This document shows, piece after piece, positions 33,801-45,866 of a DNA stretch of 64,000 nucleotides; within the stretch, counting starts at the first letter, position 1, and each line of letters starts with the position of its first letter. The stretch is from an uncultured Candidatus Saccharimonas sp. GTDB lineage: Bacteria > Patescibacteriota > Saccharimonadia > Saccharimonadales > OMJO01. Made by a program: the position numbers and the translations under genes. The DNA lies in NCBI GenBank assembly GCA_943353165.1, contig CALRAM010000001.1, positions 45,483-109,482 of the forward strand. The letters run 5' to 3'. The notes under the pieces were generated by a model. That model did no database searches. It saw only the letters and a program-made list of their open reading frames with translations, and was not told the DNA's origin.

Positions 33801-36800
33801 ATGGCGAAGACCGCTAAAACTTCAACACCCGTGCAATCAAAACGCACGTATTTTACTGACAATGATGAAATTTTGGATTTACCAGATTTGGTGGATCATC
33901 AGAATCGTTCATTTAAATGGTTCGTAGAAGAAGGCCTAGGAGAACTGCTAGCAGAGATTAGCCCCATAGAAGATTATACGGGCACTAAATTATCACTAAG
34001 TTTTAAAGATTATCATTTCGAACTACCTAAAATATCAGAAACAAAAGCCAGAGATGACAACATCTCCTACGATGCTCCACTAAAAGCTGTAGTTGAACTA
34101 ACAAACAAAGTTACCGGCGAAGTTAAAGAGCAAGAAATTTATTTAGGTGATTATCCTTGGATGACAGACGAAAAGGGTACATTTATCATAAACGGGGCTG
34201 AACGAGTAGTTGTATCGCAACTAATACGTTCTGCAGGAGTCTTTTTTACTGCCGATAGTCACGGTACAAAAAATTTATATGGCGCCAAAGTTATACCCGG
34301 ACGTGGGGCTTGGCTAGAGTTTGAAACTTCAGCTGCCGGTGCACTGTTCGTAAAGATAGACCGAAAAAGAAAACTTGCCGTAACTACATTGCTTCGTGCC
34401 CTGGGTGTTACCGATGCGCAAATGAAAGATGCTTTCAAGCATGTTGACTTGGGCAAGCTAAATTATATAGACGCAACACTTGGAAAAGATACATCTAGAG
34501 GTGTCAATGAATCCTTGATTGAAGTTTATCGACGCCTAAGGCCAGGTGACCAAGCTACCGTTGAAAACGCTCGTGAGTTACTAGTCAATATGTTTTATGA
34601 CTTTAAAAGGTTTGATTTTAGCCGAGTTGGTCGTTACAAAATAAACAAGAGACTAGATATGGACATACCAAACACTGTAGAAAACCGCATAATGCGACTG
34701 GAAGATCTAGTTGCCATAATCGCAGAAGTAATTCGATTAAATAATACTCAGGAACCAGCTGACGATATAGATAGCTTGGCAAACCGTAGAGTCAAATTGG
34801 TTGGAGAATTAATACAGCGACAATTTAGAATTGGTCTGTTGCGTATGGAAAGAAACACAAAAGACCGCATGAGTATGTGCGAAATAGAAACAGTTACTCC
34901 TGCACAATTAATAAATGCGCGACCTATCGTAGCTGCAGTCCGCGAGTTTTTTGCAAGCTCCCAGTTGTCTCAGTTCATGGACCAGATCAACCCACTCAGC
35001 GAGCTAGCTCACAAAAGACGATTAAGTTCTATGGGACCAGGCGGCTTGTCCAGAGAACGAGCAGGCTTTGAAGTGCGTGATGCTCATGCTACACACTACG
35101 GACGCATATGTGCTGTAGAAACCCCAGAAGGAGCAAACATTGGTTTGGTTCTAAACTTGGCTAGTTATGCCCGCATAAATGACTACGGCTTTATAGAAAC
35201 ACCTTACCGCAAAGTCATCAATGCTGTTACAGCCAAAAATAGCGTTGGCCACATAGCCAGTGTTAATCTTGAAAACGAAAAAGGCAAAACAATAGTAAAA
35301 GCAGGCCAAAAAATTACAGCCGACCAAGCTAAAAAATTAGCAGAAACAAAAACCAGAATAACCTGGCCCGTAAAAGCTGTAGTTACCAGAGATATAGTCT
35401 ATCTAAACGCAGCTGATGAGGTTTCTGCGATTATTGCAAATGCTAGCGAAGAATTTGACACTAACGGACACTTCATAAACCAGCGTATATCAGCCCGAAT
35501 AAACCTAAAGGCCGGAGAAGTCGACGCAAACGATATTACTCATATGGACTCCAGCAGAAAACAAATTATTGGCTCTAGTGCTGCACTTATTCCTTTTATT
35601 GAAAAGAATTATGTTTACCGTTCACTCATGGGTAGCAACCAGCAAAGACAGGCAGTGCCGTTGATACAGCCTAGCTCGCCAATTGTAGGTACTGGCATGG
35701 AAGCTAACGCTGCCAGAAACACAGGCCAGCTAATAGTCGCTGCTCAAAATGGCGAAGTCGTCAAAGCTTCTGCCGACGAAGTATCAGTAAAATACAAAGA
35801 CGGTATAGTCAAATATAGCCCATTGCACTACAAACGCAGCAACGAAGGAACCAGCATAAACCAAAAAGTTGTAGTCAGTAGCGGAGACATGGTTAAAGCA
35901 GGCGACTCTCTGATTGAGGGTATGTCAATATCTGACGGCGAATTAGCCCTAGGCAAAGACCTGACAGTCGCATTTATGCCTTGGAACGGATACAACTTTG
36001 AAGATGCCATAATCATATCTAGGAAACTTGTAGAAGATGACAGATTGACTAGCGTTCATATCGTAGATTTTATGGTAGAAGTTAGAGAGACAAAATTAGG
36101 ACCTGAAATCATCACACAGGATATACCAAATGTTTCAGAAGAAGCCCTTCGTCATCTTGACGAAAACGGTATCGTTCGAGTTGGAGCAGAAGTTCATCCA
36201 GGCGATATATTGGTAGGCAAAATTACACCAAAGGGAGAACAAGAACTAAGTTCAGAAGAACGACTGCTACGGGCAATATTTGGCGAAAAAGCCAAAGAAG
36301 TTCGTGATACTTCCCAGAGAATGAGTAACGGCAAGCACGGAAAAGTTGTAGGGGTGAAACTATTTACCAGAGCCAACGGAAACGAGTTAAAAGCCGGCGT
36401 ACTAATGCAAATTCAAGTTTTTGTAGCTCAAATGCGCAAAATTTCTGTTGGTGACAAACTGGGTGGTCGGCATGGCAACAAGGGTGTTATAGCTCGAGTT
36501 CTGCCAGTTGAAGACATGCCTTTTATGGCTGACGGAACACCGGTAGAAATTGTATTGAACCCACTTGGGGTTCCTAGCAGAATGAACATTGGACAATTAT
36601 TTGAAACTCACCTGGGTATGGCTGCCAAAGCCCTTGGCATAAAGGTTGCTAGCCCGGCATTCAACGGTGTAGGTATAGATAAAATTAAATCACTACTAAA
36701 AGAGGCTGGGCTACCAGAGGATGGTAAACAACAACTTTACGATGGACGAACTGGTGAAGCTTTTACAGAAAGAACAACTGTCGGCAGTATGTATATGATC

Positions 36801-37352
36801 AAGTTGAACCATATGATAGCGGACAAAATACACGCTCGTTCTACAGGTCCTTACACAATGGTTACACAACAACCTTTGGGTGGCAAGGCACACAATGGCG
36901 GTCAACGATTTGGAGAGATGGAAGTTTGGGCGCTAGAAGCTTACGGAGCCAGTAATACATTACAGGAAATGCTGACAATAAAATCAGATGATGTATATGG
37001 TCGTAGCAAAGCTTACGAATCTATCATAAAACAAACAGAAATTGTTGGTCCAAAAATACCTGAAAGCTTTAATGTTCTAGTAAAAGAATTGCAAGGATTA
37101 GGATTAAAAGTTGATCTGATAAAATCTGACTCTGTAATAGATGCAGAAGCAATTTTAGCCCAAAACATAAAGAACGAAGCAGCCGGCCAGTCAGAAATAG
37201 ATGTTCCTGCACCGTTAAGTTCAGATGTTGATGTAACGGAAGACGCCGTAGCAGATGAATTTGTAATATTAGGTTTAGACGATGATATAACTTCTAGCGC
37301 AGTTAAGGACGAAGTATTAACTGTCACAGAAACAGAAAGCAAGGAGATTTAA
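33801..37352 (+). CDS. rpoB: DNA-directed RNA polymerase subunit beta
   Basis: About 1183 aa with conserved blocks (RLRPGD, GPGGLSRERAGFEVRD, NMQRQAVP-like SNQQRQAVP, GDKLGGRHGNKGV). I chose the ATG at 33801 after AAGGGGA. Confidence 0.97.
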   Translation: MAKTAKTSTPVQSKRTYFTDNDEILDLPDLVDHQNRSFKWFVEEGLGELLAEISPIEDYTGTKLSLSFKDYHFELPKISETKARDDNISYDAPLKAVVELTNKVTGEVKEQEIYLGDYPWMTDEKGTFIINGAERVVVSQLIRSAGVFFTADSHGTKNLYGAKVIPGRGAWLEFETSAAGALFVKIDRKRKLAVTTLLRALGVTDAQMKDAFKHVDLGKLNYIDATLGKDTSRGVNESLIEVYRRLRPGDQATVENARELLVNMFYDFKRFDFSRVGRYKINKRLDMDIPNTVENRIMRLEDLVAIIAEVIRLNNTQEPADDIDSLANRRVKLVGELIQRQFRIGLLRMERNTKDRMSMCEIETVTPAQLINARPIVAAVREFFASSQLSQFMDQINPLSELAHKRRLSSMGPGGLSRERAGFEVRDAHATHYGRICAVETPEGANIGLVLNLASYARINDYGFIETPYRKVINAVTAKNSVGHIASVNLENEKGKTIVKAGQKITADQAKKLAETKTRITWPVKAVVTRDIVYLNAADEVSAIIANASEEFDTNGHFINQRISARINLKAGEVDANDITHMDSSRKQIIGSSAALIPFIEKNYVYRSLMGSNQQRQAVPLIQPSSPIVGTGMEANAARNTGQLIVAAQNGEVVKASADEVSVKYKDGIVKYSPLHYKRSNEGTSINQKVVVSSGDMVKAGDSLIEGMSISDGELALGKDLTVAFMPWNGYNFEDAIIISRKLVEDDRLTSVHIVDFMVEVRETKLGPEIITQDIPNVSEEALRHLDENGIVRVGAEVHPGDILVGKITPKGEQELSSEERLLRAIFGEKAKEVRDTSQRMSNGKHGKVVGVKLFTRANGNELKAGVLMQIQVFVAQMRKISVGDKLGGRHGNKGVIARVLPVEDMPFMADGTPVEIVLNPLGVPSRMNIGQLFETHLGMAAKALGIKVASPAFNGVGIDKIKSLLKEAGLPEDGKQQLYDGRTGEAFTERTTVGSMYMIKLNHMIADKIHARSTGPYTMVTQQPLGGKAHNGGQRFGEMEVWALEAYGASNTLQEMLTIKSDDVYGRSKAYESIIKQTEIVGPKIPESFNVLVKELQGLGLKVDLIKSDSVIDAEAILAQNIKNEAAGQSEIDVPAPLSSDVDVTEDAVADEFVILGLDDDITSSAVKDEVLTVTETESKEI

Positions 37353-37353
37353 T

Positions 37354-40300
37354 ATGAAAAGGTTTACACCCAGTAGTGCAGATATTGCTAATTTTGATGC
37401 CGTTAGACTGGCCGTCGCTAGCCCAGAAGATATACTAGACTGGAGCTATGGAGAAGTAACAAAGCCAGAAACTATAAACTACCGAACCCAAAAACCTGAA
37501 AGAGATGGACTCTTTTGTGAGCGTATTTTTGGACCAGTAAAAGACATTAACCCACACGATACAAAGTTTAAAGGCGTACGTTCCAGAGAGGCAGCCGTAG
37601 ACAAAAACGGAGAAGTCGTTACGAAGAGTATCGTCAGGAGAGAACGAATGGGGCATATTAGTTTGGCCGCACCCGTTGCACATATCTGGTTTTTGCATGG
37701 TACACCATCAGCGGTTGGCCTTTTACTAGGTATGACTGTCAAAAACTTGGAACACGTTGCCTATTTTGCTAGCTATATTATCAAATCAGTAAATTCAGAA
37801 AAGCGTGATGCTTTGTTTTCTGACAAAGAAGCAGAATTTGCTGCTGCCAAAGAAGCGATAAAACTACGATTTGAAAAAGAAGCAGCTACAGAAGGTGCTA
37901 ACATAAAAGCTTTGGCAGAAATGCAAACCAAAGAAATAGATTCAGTAACAAAAGAATTCGAAGCAATAAAGCTACAATTTGACGGTTTAGTAAAGCTAAG
38001 TTTAATAAGCGAATTAGACTATCGTTCTCTACCCGATAAAATTCGGTCCTTGATTACTGTTGGAATGGGCGGTTCTGCAATCAAAGAACTTCTAGATGAA
38101 ATAGATTTACATAAAATCATCGATCAGCTGAGTAAAGAATCAGAAGAATCCAAAGGTCAGAAAAAAAAGAAGCTGATGAAAAGACTCAGATTGTTAGAAA
38201 GTATGGACAGAGCCAACATAAAGCCAAACAGCATGTGTTTGACAGTGCTTCCTGTAATACCTCCAGACCTTCGACCTATGGTTCAGCTGACTGGTGGACG
38301 TTTTGCCACTAGCGATCTAAACGATTTGTATAGACGAGTCATAAACAGAAACAACAGACTGAAAAAACTAATGGCTCTAAATGCTCCAGAAGTTATCAAG
38401 CGCAACGAGCAGCGTATGCTCCAAGAAGCAGTAGATGCTTTGATAGATAATAATAGCGCTCGTTCGGGTCGAGCTGTTGCCGCTACAGGCCAACGCCGTC
38501 GACTAAAAAGTTTGAGTGATATGTTAAAGGGTAAACAAGGTCGTTTCCGACAGAACTTGCTGGGTAAAAGAGTTGATTATTCTGGACGGTCAGTTATAGT
38601 TGCAGGACCCGAACTAAAAATTTCACAATGTGGTCTACCCAAGATGATGGCTCTAGAACTATTTAAACCATTTGTTATAGGCCATTTGATAGTAAACGAA
38701 TTGGCCCATAATATTCGTAGTGCAACTAGAATGATAGAAACCAGTGAAACAGAAGTTTGGGATGCTTTGGATGAAGTCATTAAAGGTAAATATGTTTTGC
38801 TTAACCGTGCACCATCTCTACACAGGTTGAGTATCCAGGCATTTCAACCAGTTTTGATTGAAGGCAAGGCTATTCAGTTACATCCGTTGGTGTGCAAAGG
38901 ATTCAATGCCGATTTTGATGGTGACCAGATGGCAGTACATTTACCCCTTTCAGATGCAGCCCAGACAGAAGCAAGAGAAATCATGGCAAGCAACCGCAAC
39001 ATTCTAAAACCTGCCGATGGATCTCCGATACTCCACATCGAACAAGATATTGTATTGGGCTGTTACTTTTTGACTTACGACAGACCTGGAGTCAGTCAGA
39101 CTGTAAAACCTTTCATTAGCTTACAGGAAGCTTTGATGGCTTATGAAGAAGGCACATTACAACTTCAGAGCAAGATTCGAGCACCATTTCGTGGAGAAAT
39201 ACATACAACTACATTGGGAAGACTTCTTTTCAACGAAATTTTTCCAGAAGATTTTCCTTTTCTAGATTTTGCTATGACAAAAAAACGACTTGGCGAGGCG
39301 ATGGCACTGGCATACTCATTGTACGGCCAGGACAAAACAGCAGAAATAGCCGATGATCTAAAAGACATTGGGTTTGAGTATGCAACTCGTTCTGGATTGT
39401 CTATGGGTATGACAGACTTTAACGAACTAAAAGGTTTGGATGTACTGCTAGAAGCTGGCGAAAAACGAGCAGCGGATATTAGCGTCCAATACGATCAAGG
39501 TTTTATTACTGACGAAGAGAGATATCGTTTGACAGTCGAAACTTGGAAAGATATAGATGCTACCGTGCAGGCTCAACTTGTAGAACAGTTTGATTCTGAA
39601 GATACTGCTATGTCAACTGCTGTTAATTCTGGTGCTCGTGGAAACATTGGTCAGGTAAAAACAGCTGTAGGTATGTTTGGTATTACTACTGACGCTTCTG
39701 GCAAAGCTATTGAGCTTCCTATTCGTTCAAACTATATGAAAGGGTTTACCCCACTTGAATATTTTACCGCCACACGTGGAGCTCGAAAAGGTATGATTGA
39801 CACAGCCCTAAAAACAGCTGATTCAGGCTACCTTACTCGTCGTTTGGTAGATGTGAGCCAAGACGTGTTTACCCTAGCAGAAGACTGCGAAGATCCTGGT
39901 TTTGCAATCTACCGCAGTGACTCAGCAGAAATTGGTGTTTCATATGCAGCTAGATTAGCGGGACGATATATCGCAGAAGCTATAAAAGGTGTAGTAAAAA
40001 AAGGCGAGCTAATAACAAAGAATATAGCAGAAACTATAGATGCCGATCCAACCAAGGACGGCGTAAAGATCATGAGCGTACTTAGTTGTAGTAGCGTAAA
40101 AGGTGTTGGCAGGAAATCATATGGATTAGATCCAGCAACTGGAAATCTTGTAGCAGCTCATCATCCAGCAGGTGTTATAGCTGCTCAAAGTATCGGCGAA
40201 CCTGGTACACAATTGACTCTACGAACTTTCCACTCTGGTGGTGTATCTGGCGAAGATATTACCACAGGTCTTCCTCGTGTAGAAGAACTGTTTGAAGTTC

Positions 40301-41166
40301 GTACACCAAAAGGTCAGGCTTTCATGTCAGAAATAGCTGGAACTATTTCAACATGGGAAGAAGGCGAAACAACTATAGTTCAAATAGCTGCAGACGAAAA
40401 TGAAAAAGTATTGTTTGTTCTAGGTGGTCGTAAGGCTCATATAGCAAATGGCAGTGATGTTGCTATAGGAGATGTTCTAGCTTCTAACGAAGAAGGAGCA
40501 GATCCTCAAATCGCACCGATTGCTGGCAAAGCTCATGTAACCAAAAAACAAATCAGTATTAGCCCAACCAGCAAGAGCGCCGCAAGGTACGAAATTCCTA
40601 GCTTTAAACAAGTTGTCGTAAAAGACGGAGACAAAGTTGTACCTGGTCAGAGATTGACTAACGGTTCTATGAACTTGCATGAACTCATGAGGCACCAAGG
40701 AGTTGAAGCAACGCAAAGGTACATAATGAACGATATCTTGCGTATATTTGCATCTCAAGGTCAAAATATCGCAGACAAACATTTGGAAATTATCGTCAGA
40801 CAAATGTTTAGTCGTGTTCAGGTAGAAGAAGCAGGTGACAGTGATTTCGTAACTGGCGACATTGTCAGCAAGATGGCTGTCGTTGAAGTAAACGAGAAAC
40901 TTTCATCTAAGAAAAAACAACCGGCAAAAGTTACACAACTTTTGCTTGGTATTACAAAAGCCAGCCTATCTACGGATTCATTCCTTAGTGCAGCCAGCTT
41001 CCAGGACACTACCCGAGTTTTGATTGCTGCTGCCACTAGTGGAAAAGTAGATCACCTCTTTGGCCTAAAAGAAAACGTTATTTTAGGACGACGTATTCCT
41101 GTGGGAACCGGCTATCGAAGCACTGAAGAGTTAGATGCAGAATTATCAGTTGCTGCTGAGCAATAA
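37354..41166 (+). CDS. rpoC: DNA-directed RNA polymerase subunit beta'
   Basis: 1270 aa with the NADFDGD catalytic motif plus bridge helix and trigger loop regions. Confidence 0.97.
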   Translation: MKRFTPSSADIANFDAVRLAVASPEDILDWSYGEVTKPETINYRTQKPERDGLFCERIFGPVKDINPHDTKFKGVRSREAAVDKNGEVVTKSIVRRERMGHISLAAPVAHIWFLHGTPSAVGLLLGMTVKNLEHVAYFASYIIKSVNSEKRDALFSDKEAEFAAAKEAIKLRFEKEAATEGANIKALAEMQTKEIDSVTKEFEAIKLQFDGLVKLSLISELDYRSLPDKIRSLITVGMGGSAIKELLDEIDLHKIIDQLSKESEESKGQKKKKLMKRLRLLESMDRANIKPNSMCLTVLPVIPPDLRPMVQLTGGRFATSDLNDLYRRVINRNNRLKKLMALNAPEVIKRNEQRMLQEAVDALIDNNSARSGRAVAATGQRRRLKSLSDMLKGKQGRFRQNLLGKRVDYSGRSVIVAGPELKISQCGLPKMMALELFKPFVIGHLIVNELAHNIRSATRMIETSETEVWDALDEVIKGKYVLLNRAPSLHRLSIQAFQPVLIEGKAIQLHPLVCKGFNADFDGDQMAVHLPLSDAAQTEAREIMASNRNILKPADGSPILHIEQDIVLGCYFLTYDRPGVSQTVKPFISLQEALMAYEEGTLQLQSKIRAPFRGEIHTTTLGRLLFNEIFPEDFPFLDFAMTKKRLGEAMALAYSLYGQDKTAEIADDLKDIGFEYATRSGLSMGMTDFNELKGLDVLLEAGEKRAADISVQYDQGFITDEERYRLTVETWKDIDATVQAQLVEQFDSEDTAMSTAVNSGARGNIGQVKTAVGMFGITTDASGKAIELPIRSNYMKGFTPLEYFTATRGARKGMIDTALKTADSGYLTRRLVDVSQDVFTLAEDCEDPGFAIYRSDSAEIGVSYAARLAGRYIAEAIKGVVKKGELITKNIAETIDADPTKDGVKIMSVLSCSSVKGVGRKSYGLDPATGNLVAAHHPAGVIAAQSIGEPGTQLTLRTFHSGGVSGEDITTGLPRVEELFEVRTPKGQAFMSEIAGTISTWEEGETTIVQIAADENEKVLFVLGGRKAHIANGSDVAIGDVLASNEEGADPQIAPIAGKAHVTKKQISISPTSKSAARYEIPSFKQVVVKDGDKVVPGQRLTNGSMNLHELMRHQGVEATQRYIMNDILRIFASQGQNIADKHLEIIVRQMFSRVQVEEAGDSDFVTGDIVSKMAVVEVNEKLSSKKKQPAKVTQLLLGITKASLSTDSFLSAASFQDTTRVLIAAATSGKVDHLFGLKENVILGRRIPVGTGYRSTEELDAELSVAAEQ

Positions 41167-41256
41167 TTCTGTTAGAATAGGTATATCAATCATAAGTAAT
41201 CTGAGCCGCATGTAGGCATTCATGTGCAGCAGTAGGTTACAAATCAAGGAGAATAA

Positions 41257-41670
41257 ATGCCAACAATCAATCAGTTAGTGCGTAAACCGAGAGTCAAGGT
41301 GACTGTAAAGAGCAAATCACCAGCTCTACAACGCGTCGTAAACAACCTAAAGACAAAACATTACGAAAAAGCTTCGCCATTCAAACGTGGTGTTTGTGTA
41401 AAAGTAACTACCAAAACACCAAAAAAACCTAACTCTGCCTTGCGTAAAGTAGCCAGGGTCCGACTAACTAACGGATACGAAGTCTGGGCCTACATAGGCG
41501 GCGAAGGACACAACCTACAGGAACATGCTGTAGTAACTATTCGTGGCGGTAGAGTAAAAGACCTTCCAGGTGTAAGATATCATGTTGTTCGTGGTAGTTT
41601 GGATCTTCAAGGTGTTGCAAACCGAAAACGTGGTCGTAGCAAATACGGCTCAAAGAAAGAGAGCAAATAA
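41257..41670 (+). CDS. rpsL: 30S ribosomal protein S12
   Basis: [28 protein letters not shown]. Confidence 0.97.
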   Translation: MPTINQLVRKPRVKVTVKSKSPALQRVVNNLKTKHYEKASPFKRGVCVKVTTKTPKKPNSALRKVARVRLTNGYEVWAYIGGEGHNLQEHAVVTIRGGRVKDLPGVRYHVVRGSLDLQGVANRKRGRSKYGSKKESK

Positions 41671-41671
41671 A

Positions 41672-42151
41672 ATGCCCCGCAAAAAGACAGCATCACTTAT
41701 CCGAGTTATTCCGCCGGACCGTATTTACGACAGTGTCATGGTCCAACGACTCATAAATAGAGTTATGTTAAACGGCAAAAAACAAATCGCCGAACGATTA
41801 GTTTATGGTGGCATGCAAAAAGCTGCAACAAAACTCAAAGTAGACAATCCTTTGGATGTATTTGACCAAGCAATAAAAAACATCCAGCCTCACGTTGAAA
41901 CTAGGTCACGAAGAGTCGGTGGCGCAAACTACCAAATACCTTTTGAAGTAAAAGGGCAGAGGCAAACACATTTAACTATGATGTGGCTAGTCGCAGCGGC
42001 ACGTTCCAAAAAAGGCATGAGCATGGAAGACCGTATTGCTCTAGAACTTACAGATGCCTATAACCAAACAGGTACTGCTGTTAAAAAACGTGAAGACACT
42101 CATAAAATGGCAGACGCTAACCGAGCTTTTGCGCATTTTGCTAGATTCTAA
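41672..42151 (+). CDS. rpsG: 30S ribosomal protein S7
   Basis: MPRKKTASLIRVIPPDRIY..VETRSRRVGGANYQIP. ATG at 41672, inside the longer tracked ORF. Confidence 0.95.
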   Translation: MPRKKTASLIRVIPPDRIYDSVMVQRLINRVMLNGKKQIAERLVYGGMQKAATKLKVDNPLDVFDQAIKNIQPHVETRSRRVGGANYQIPFEVKGQRQTHLTMMWLVAAARSKKGMSMEDRIALELTDAYNQTGTAVKKREDTHKMADANRAFAHFARF

Positions 42152-42187
42152 AATAACACATTCTAATCACTCAAACCAAAGGAAAAT

Positions 42188-44275
42188 ATGGCCACAAAAA
42201 AATATACAATCGAACAAATACGTAATATAGGCATTATTGCTCATATTGACGCCGGTAAAACTACTACTACGGAAGCTATACTTTATAGAACAGGCCTAAA
42301 GCATAAAATTGGAGCTGTTCACGAGGGAGAAACAACAACTGACTGGATGGCACAAGAAAGAGAACGTGGGATCACCATTGTGTCAGCTGCGGTTACTTGC
42401 TACTGGAGAGATCACCAGATAAATATCATTGATACGCCAGGTCACATTGATTTTACAGTAGAAGTTGAACGATCGTTGCGTGTTTTGGACGGCGCAGTAG
42501 TTGTTTTTGACGGCAAGATGGGCGTAGAGAGCCAGTCAGAGACTGTATGGCGTCAAGCAGACAAATACGCAGTTCCTAGGATCTGTTTTATTAACAAGAT
42601 AAACCAAACAGGTGGAGATTTTTACAAGTCTCTAGACAGTATTCATGCTCGCCTAACAAAGCGTGCTTTTCCTATTCATTTACCGATAGGTTTTGAGCAG
42701 GAAATTAACGGTATCGTTGATTTAGTAGAAATGAAAGCCTATACATATAAAGATTTTACAGATAAGGTTCTGGTAGAGTCAGAGATTCCTGCCGATATGA
42801 TGGATCAAGTCAACAAGGCTCGTAGCTTGTTAGTAGAAAATGCCGTCGCAGAAGACGAAAAGATGCTAGAAAAGTATTTTGAAGTTGGAGAGGAAGGTTT
42901 GAGTAGCGAAGAGATTAAACAAGCTATTCGCTCCGCTATTTTGTCTGGTAACTTTTTTGCAGTAACAGGCGGGGACGGTAGAGGCGTAATAGTAGAAAAA
43001 ATACTAGATTTGGTTGTAGACCTATTACCTAGTCCAGTAAACAGAGGCAATACTTGGGGTACTCAACCCAAAACAGGCGACAAAATAGAAAGAAAACCAG
43101 ATACAGCAGAGCCTCTTTCTGCCTTAGCTTTCAAGATTGCTACTGATCCTTTCGTCGGTAAACTGGCATATTTCCGTGTATATTCTGGAAAGATATCTGC
43201 CGGCAGCTATATTCTAAATAGCTCAACAGGTACAAAAGAACGCGTTGGTCGGATTGTTCGTATGCAAGCCGACAAAAGAGAAGATGTAGAAGTAGTTGAA
43301 GCAGGAGATATTGCAGCTATAGTAGGCCTAAAAGGCACAACAACTGGACACACGCTTTGCGATTCTAGTCACCCTATTGTTTTAGAGAGTATCACTTTCC
43401 CTGAACCACCAGTATCTATTGCTATAGAACCAAAAACCAAAGCCGATCAAGAAAAAATGAGTTTGGCACTGCAACGTCTAGCCGAAGAAGATCCAACATT
43501 TAGAATTAGAGTAGACGAAGAAACTGGGCAAACTATTATTTCTGGAATGGGCGAACTTCATTTAGAAATCATTGTAGATCGTATGAAAAGAGAGTTCACC
43601 GTAGAGGCTAACATTGGTCAACCTCAAGTTGCTTATCGGGAAACAATCCGCAAAAATGATGTTGAAGTTCAGGGCAAGTTTATTCGTCAGAGTGGTGGTC
43701 GTGGTCAGTATGGCGACGTTTGGCTACGACTTAGTCAGAACGAAGCTGGAAAAGGTTTTGAGTTCATAAACTCTATAAAAGGTGGAGTAATTCCAGGAGA
43801 ATACATCAAACCAGTTCAGGAAGGAATCAAAGAAGCGATGTCCAACGGGGTTTTAGCAGGCTATCCAGTTGTTGACATTAAAGCCGAGCTATACTTTGGT
43901 AGCTACCACGATGTAGACTCTAGTGAAATGGCATTTAAAATAGCCGGCTCTATGGCCCTCCAGGAAGGTGTCAAAAAAGCTAGCCCTGTATTACTCGAAC
44001 CTGTTATGAAAGTTGTTGTTGTTACTCCAGAAGCGTTTATGGGTGATGTCATAGGTGACCTAAATAGCAAGCGTGGTCGCATTGAAAGCATGGACGATTT
44101 GGCAAACGGTATAAAGCAGATAACATCATTCGTTCCACTGGGAGAAATGTTTGGCTACACTACAAACTTGCGTAGTTCTACCCAAGGTAGAGCCAGCAGT
44201 AGTATGGAACTTGACCATTACGCAGACGTACCAAATCACGTCGCCGAAGCTATCATTGCTAAAAATGCCAAATAG
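42188..44275 (+). CDS. fusA: elongation factor G
   Basis: AHIDAGKTTTTE and DTPGHIDF GTPase motifs; 695 aa. Confidence 0.97.
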   Translation: MATKKYTIEQIRNIGIIAHIDAGKTTTTEAILYRTGLKHKIGAVHEGETTTDWMAQERERGITIVSAAVTCYWRDHQINIIDTPGHIDFTVEVERSLRVLDGAVVVFDGKMGVESQSETVWRQADKYAVPRICFINKINQTGGDFYKSLDSIHARLTKRAFPIHLPIGFEQEINGIVDLVEMKAYTYKDFTDKVLVESEIPADMMDQVNKARSLLVENAVAEDEKMLEKYFEVGEEGLSSEEIKQAIRSAILSGNFFAVTGGDGRGVIVEKILDLVVDLLPSPVNRGNTWGTQPKTGDKIERKPDTAEPLSALAFKIATDPFVGKLAYFRVYSGKISAGSYILNSSTGTKERVGRIVRMQADKREDVEVVEAGDIAAIVGLKGTTTGHTLCDSSHPIVLESITFPEPPVSIAIEPKTKADQEKMSLALQRLAEEDPTFRIRVDEETGQTIISGMGELHLEIIVDRMKREFTVEANIGQPQVAYRETIRKNDVEVQGKFIRQSGGRGQYGDVWLRLSQNEAGKGFEFINSIKGGVIPGEYIKPVQEGIKEAMSNGVLAGYPVVDIKAELYFGSYHDVDSSEMAFKIAGSMALQEGVKKASPVLLEPVMKVVVVTPEAFMGDVIGDLNSKRGRIESMDDLANGIKQITSFVPLGEMFGYTTNLRSSTQGRASSSMELDHYADVPNHVAEAIIAKNAK

Positions 44276-44409
44276 GTCTTTACAAAACGCTAATAATTAG
44301 TTAAACTACCCTAGTAACTCGCAAGAGAACTATGTTTTTTGTTAATTTAAAAAACTGACCTGCGATAACAATAACAAAACAAGTTAAATAACACGAGGAG
44401 AAATAATTT

Positions 44410-45591
44410 ATGGCAAACTTTGACCGTACAAAACCACACATTAACGTAGGCACAATGGGTCACGTCGACCACGGAAAAACTACTCTAACAGCTGCTATCA
44501 CTGCAGTACTAGCAAAAAAACTTCCTAGCGATGTAAACAAAGCCGTCAAATATGACGAAATTGACAACGCACCAGAAGAAAAAGCTCGTGGTATAACCAT
44601 TGCAACTTCTCACCAGGAATACGAAAGCGAAAAAAGGCACTATGCTCACGTTGATATGCCAGGACACGCTGACTACGTAAAGAACATGATTACGGGTGCC
44701 GCCCAAATTGACGGCGCTATTTTAGTTGTTGCAGCCAACGATGGTCCGTTGCCACAAACTAGAGAACACGTTTTGCTAGCAAAACAAGTAGGTGTTCCAA
44801 GTATTTTGGTTTTCATGAACAAAATGGATCTAGCCGACCCAGAACTAATAGAATTAGTAGAGATGGATATCCGTGAACTTCTAGCCAAAAATGGTTACGA
44901 CGAAAACGCACCTATCATCAAAGGATCAGCTACAAAAGCACTCGAAGGCTCTGCAGCTGACGAAGATGCAATTATGGAATTAGTAAAAGCTCTAGATGAC
45001 TTTATTCCTGAACCAAAAAGAGAACTAGACAAGCCTTTTTTGATGCCAATAGAAGACGTTTTTTCTATCAAAGGTCGTGGCACAGTAGCTACAGGCCGTA
45101 TTGAACAAGGTATCGTAAAAGTTGGCGAAGAAATAGAAATTATCGGTATCCGAGATACACGAAAATCTGTTGTAACTGGTGTAGAAATGTTTAAAAAGAA
45201 CCTAGATCAAGGACAAGCTGGCGATAACGTCGGTATCTTGCTCCGAGGAATAGAACGCGATGACATAGAACGCGGACAGGTTCTTTGCAAGCCAGGAACT
45301 ATTACTCCACACACAGAATTTGACGCAGAAGTCTATATCCTAAACAAAGAAGAAGGGGGCCGACACACACCTTTCTTCAAGGGTTACAAGCCTCAATTTT
45401 ACTTTCGTACAACAGATGTTACCGGAGAAGTTGAACTTCCTGCTGACAAAGAAATGGTTATGCCTGGGGACACTATAACTTTCAAAGTTAAGTTATTGGC
45501 TCCTATTGCTATGGAGCAAGGTCTTCGTTTTGCTATCCGTGAAGGTGGTAGAACTGTCGGCGCTGGTGTAGTAACCAAAATAAACAAATAA
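44410..45591 (+). CDS. tuf: elongation factor Tu
   Basis: [27 protein letters not shown]. Confidence 0.98.
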   Translation: MANFDRTKPHINVGTMGHVDHGKTTLTAAITAVLAKKLPSDVNKAVKYDEIDNAPEEKARGITIATSHQEYESEKRHYAHVDMPGHADYVKNMITGAAQIDGAILVVAANDGPLPQTREHVLLAKQVGVPSILVFMNKMDLADPELIELVEMDIRELLAKNGYDENAPIIKGSATKALEGSAADEDAIMELVKALDDFIPEPKRELDKPFLMPIEDVFSIKGRGTVATGRIEQGIVKVGEEIEIIGIRDTRKSVVTGVEMFKKNLDQGQAGDNVGILLRGIERDDIERGQVLCKPGTITPHTEFDAEVYILNKEEGGRHTPFFKGYKPQFYFRTTDVTGEVELPADKEMVMPGDTITFKVKLLAPIAMEQGLRFAIREGGRTVGAGVVTKINK

Positions 45592-45611
45592 AACCTAAAC
45601 GATAGGTTAAG

Positions 45612-45638
45612 AAAAAGGGGTCTTTAGGCCCCTTTTTT
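45612..45638 (+). terminator. intrinsic terminator after tuf
   Basis: GGGGTC-TTTA-GGCCCC flanked by an A run and a T run. Confidence 0.75.
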
Positions 45639-45866
45639 AGTCCCAAAAGCTGAAATATATTTTGGTGCTTTTAAAATACTATAAAATGTTGTAGAATTAG
45701 TTAGTAAATTAATCGTAATGACTAAAAGTCGCTGATTCTAGTTAAAGCAAAACTGCTCAGAGATGTTACATTACACCTACAGATAAGTTTATTAAAATAG
45801 TGTTATTTGCTACAGCTAACAACACTTTTAATAAACTTGGAATATGATTCTTGAAAGGAGTCAACC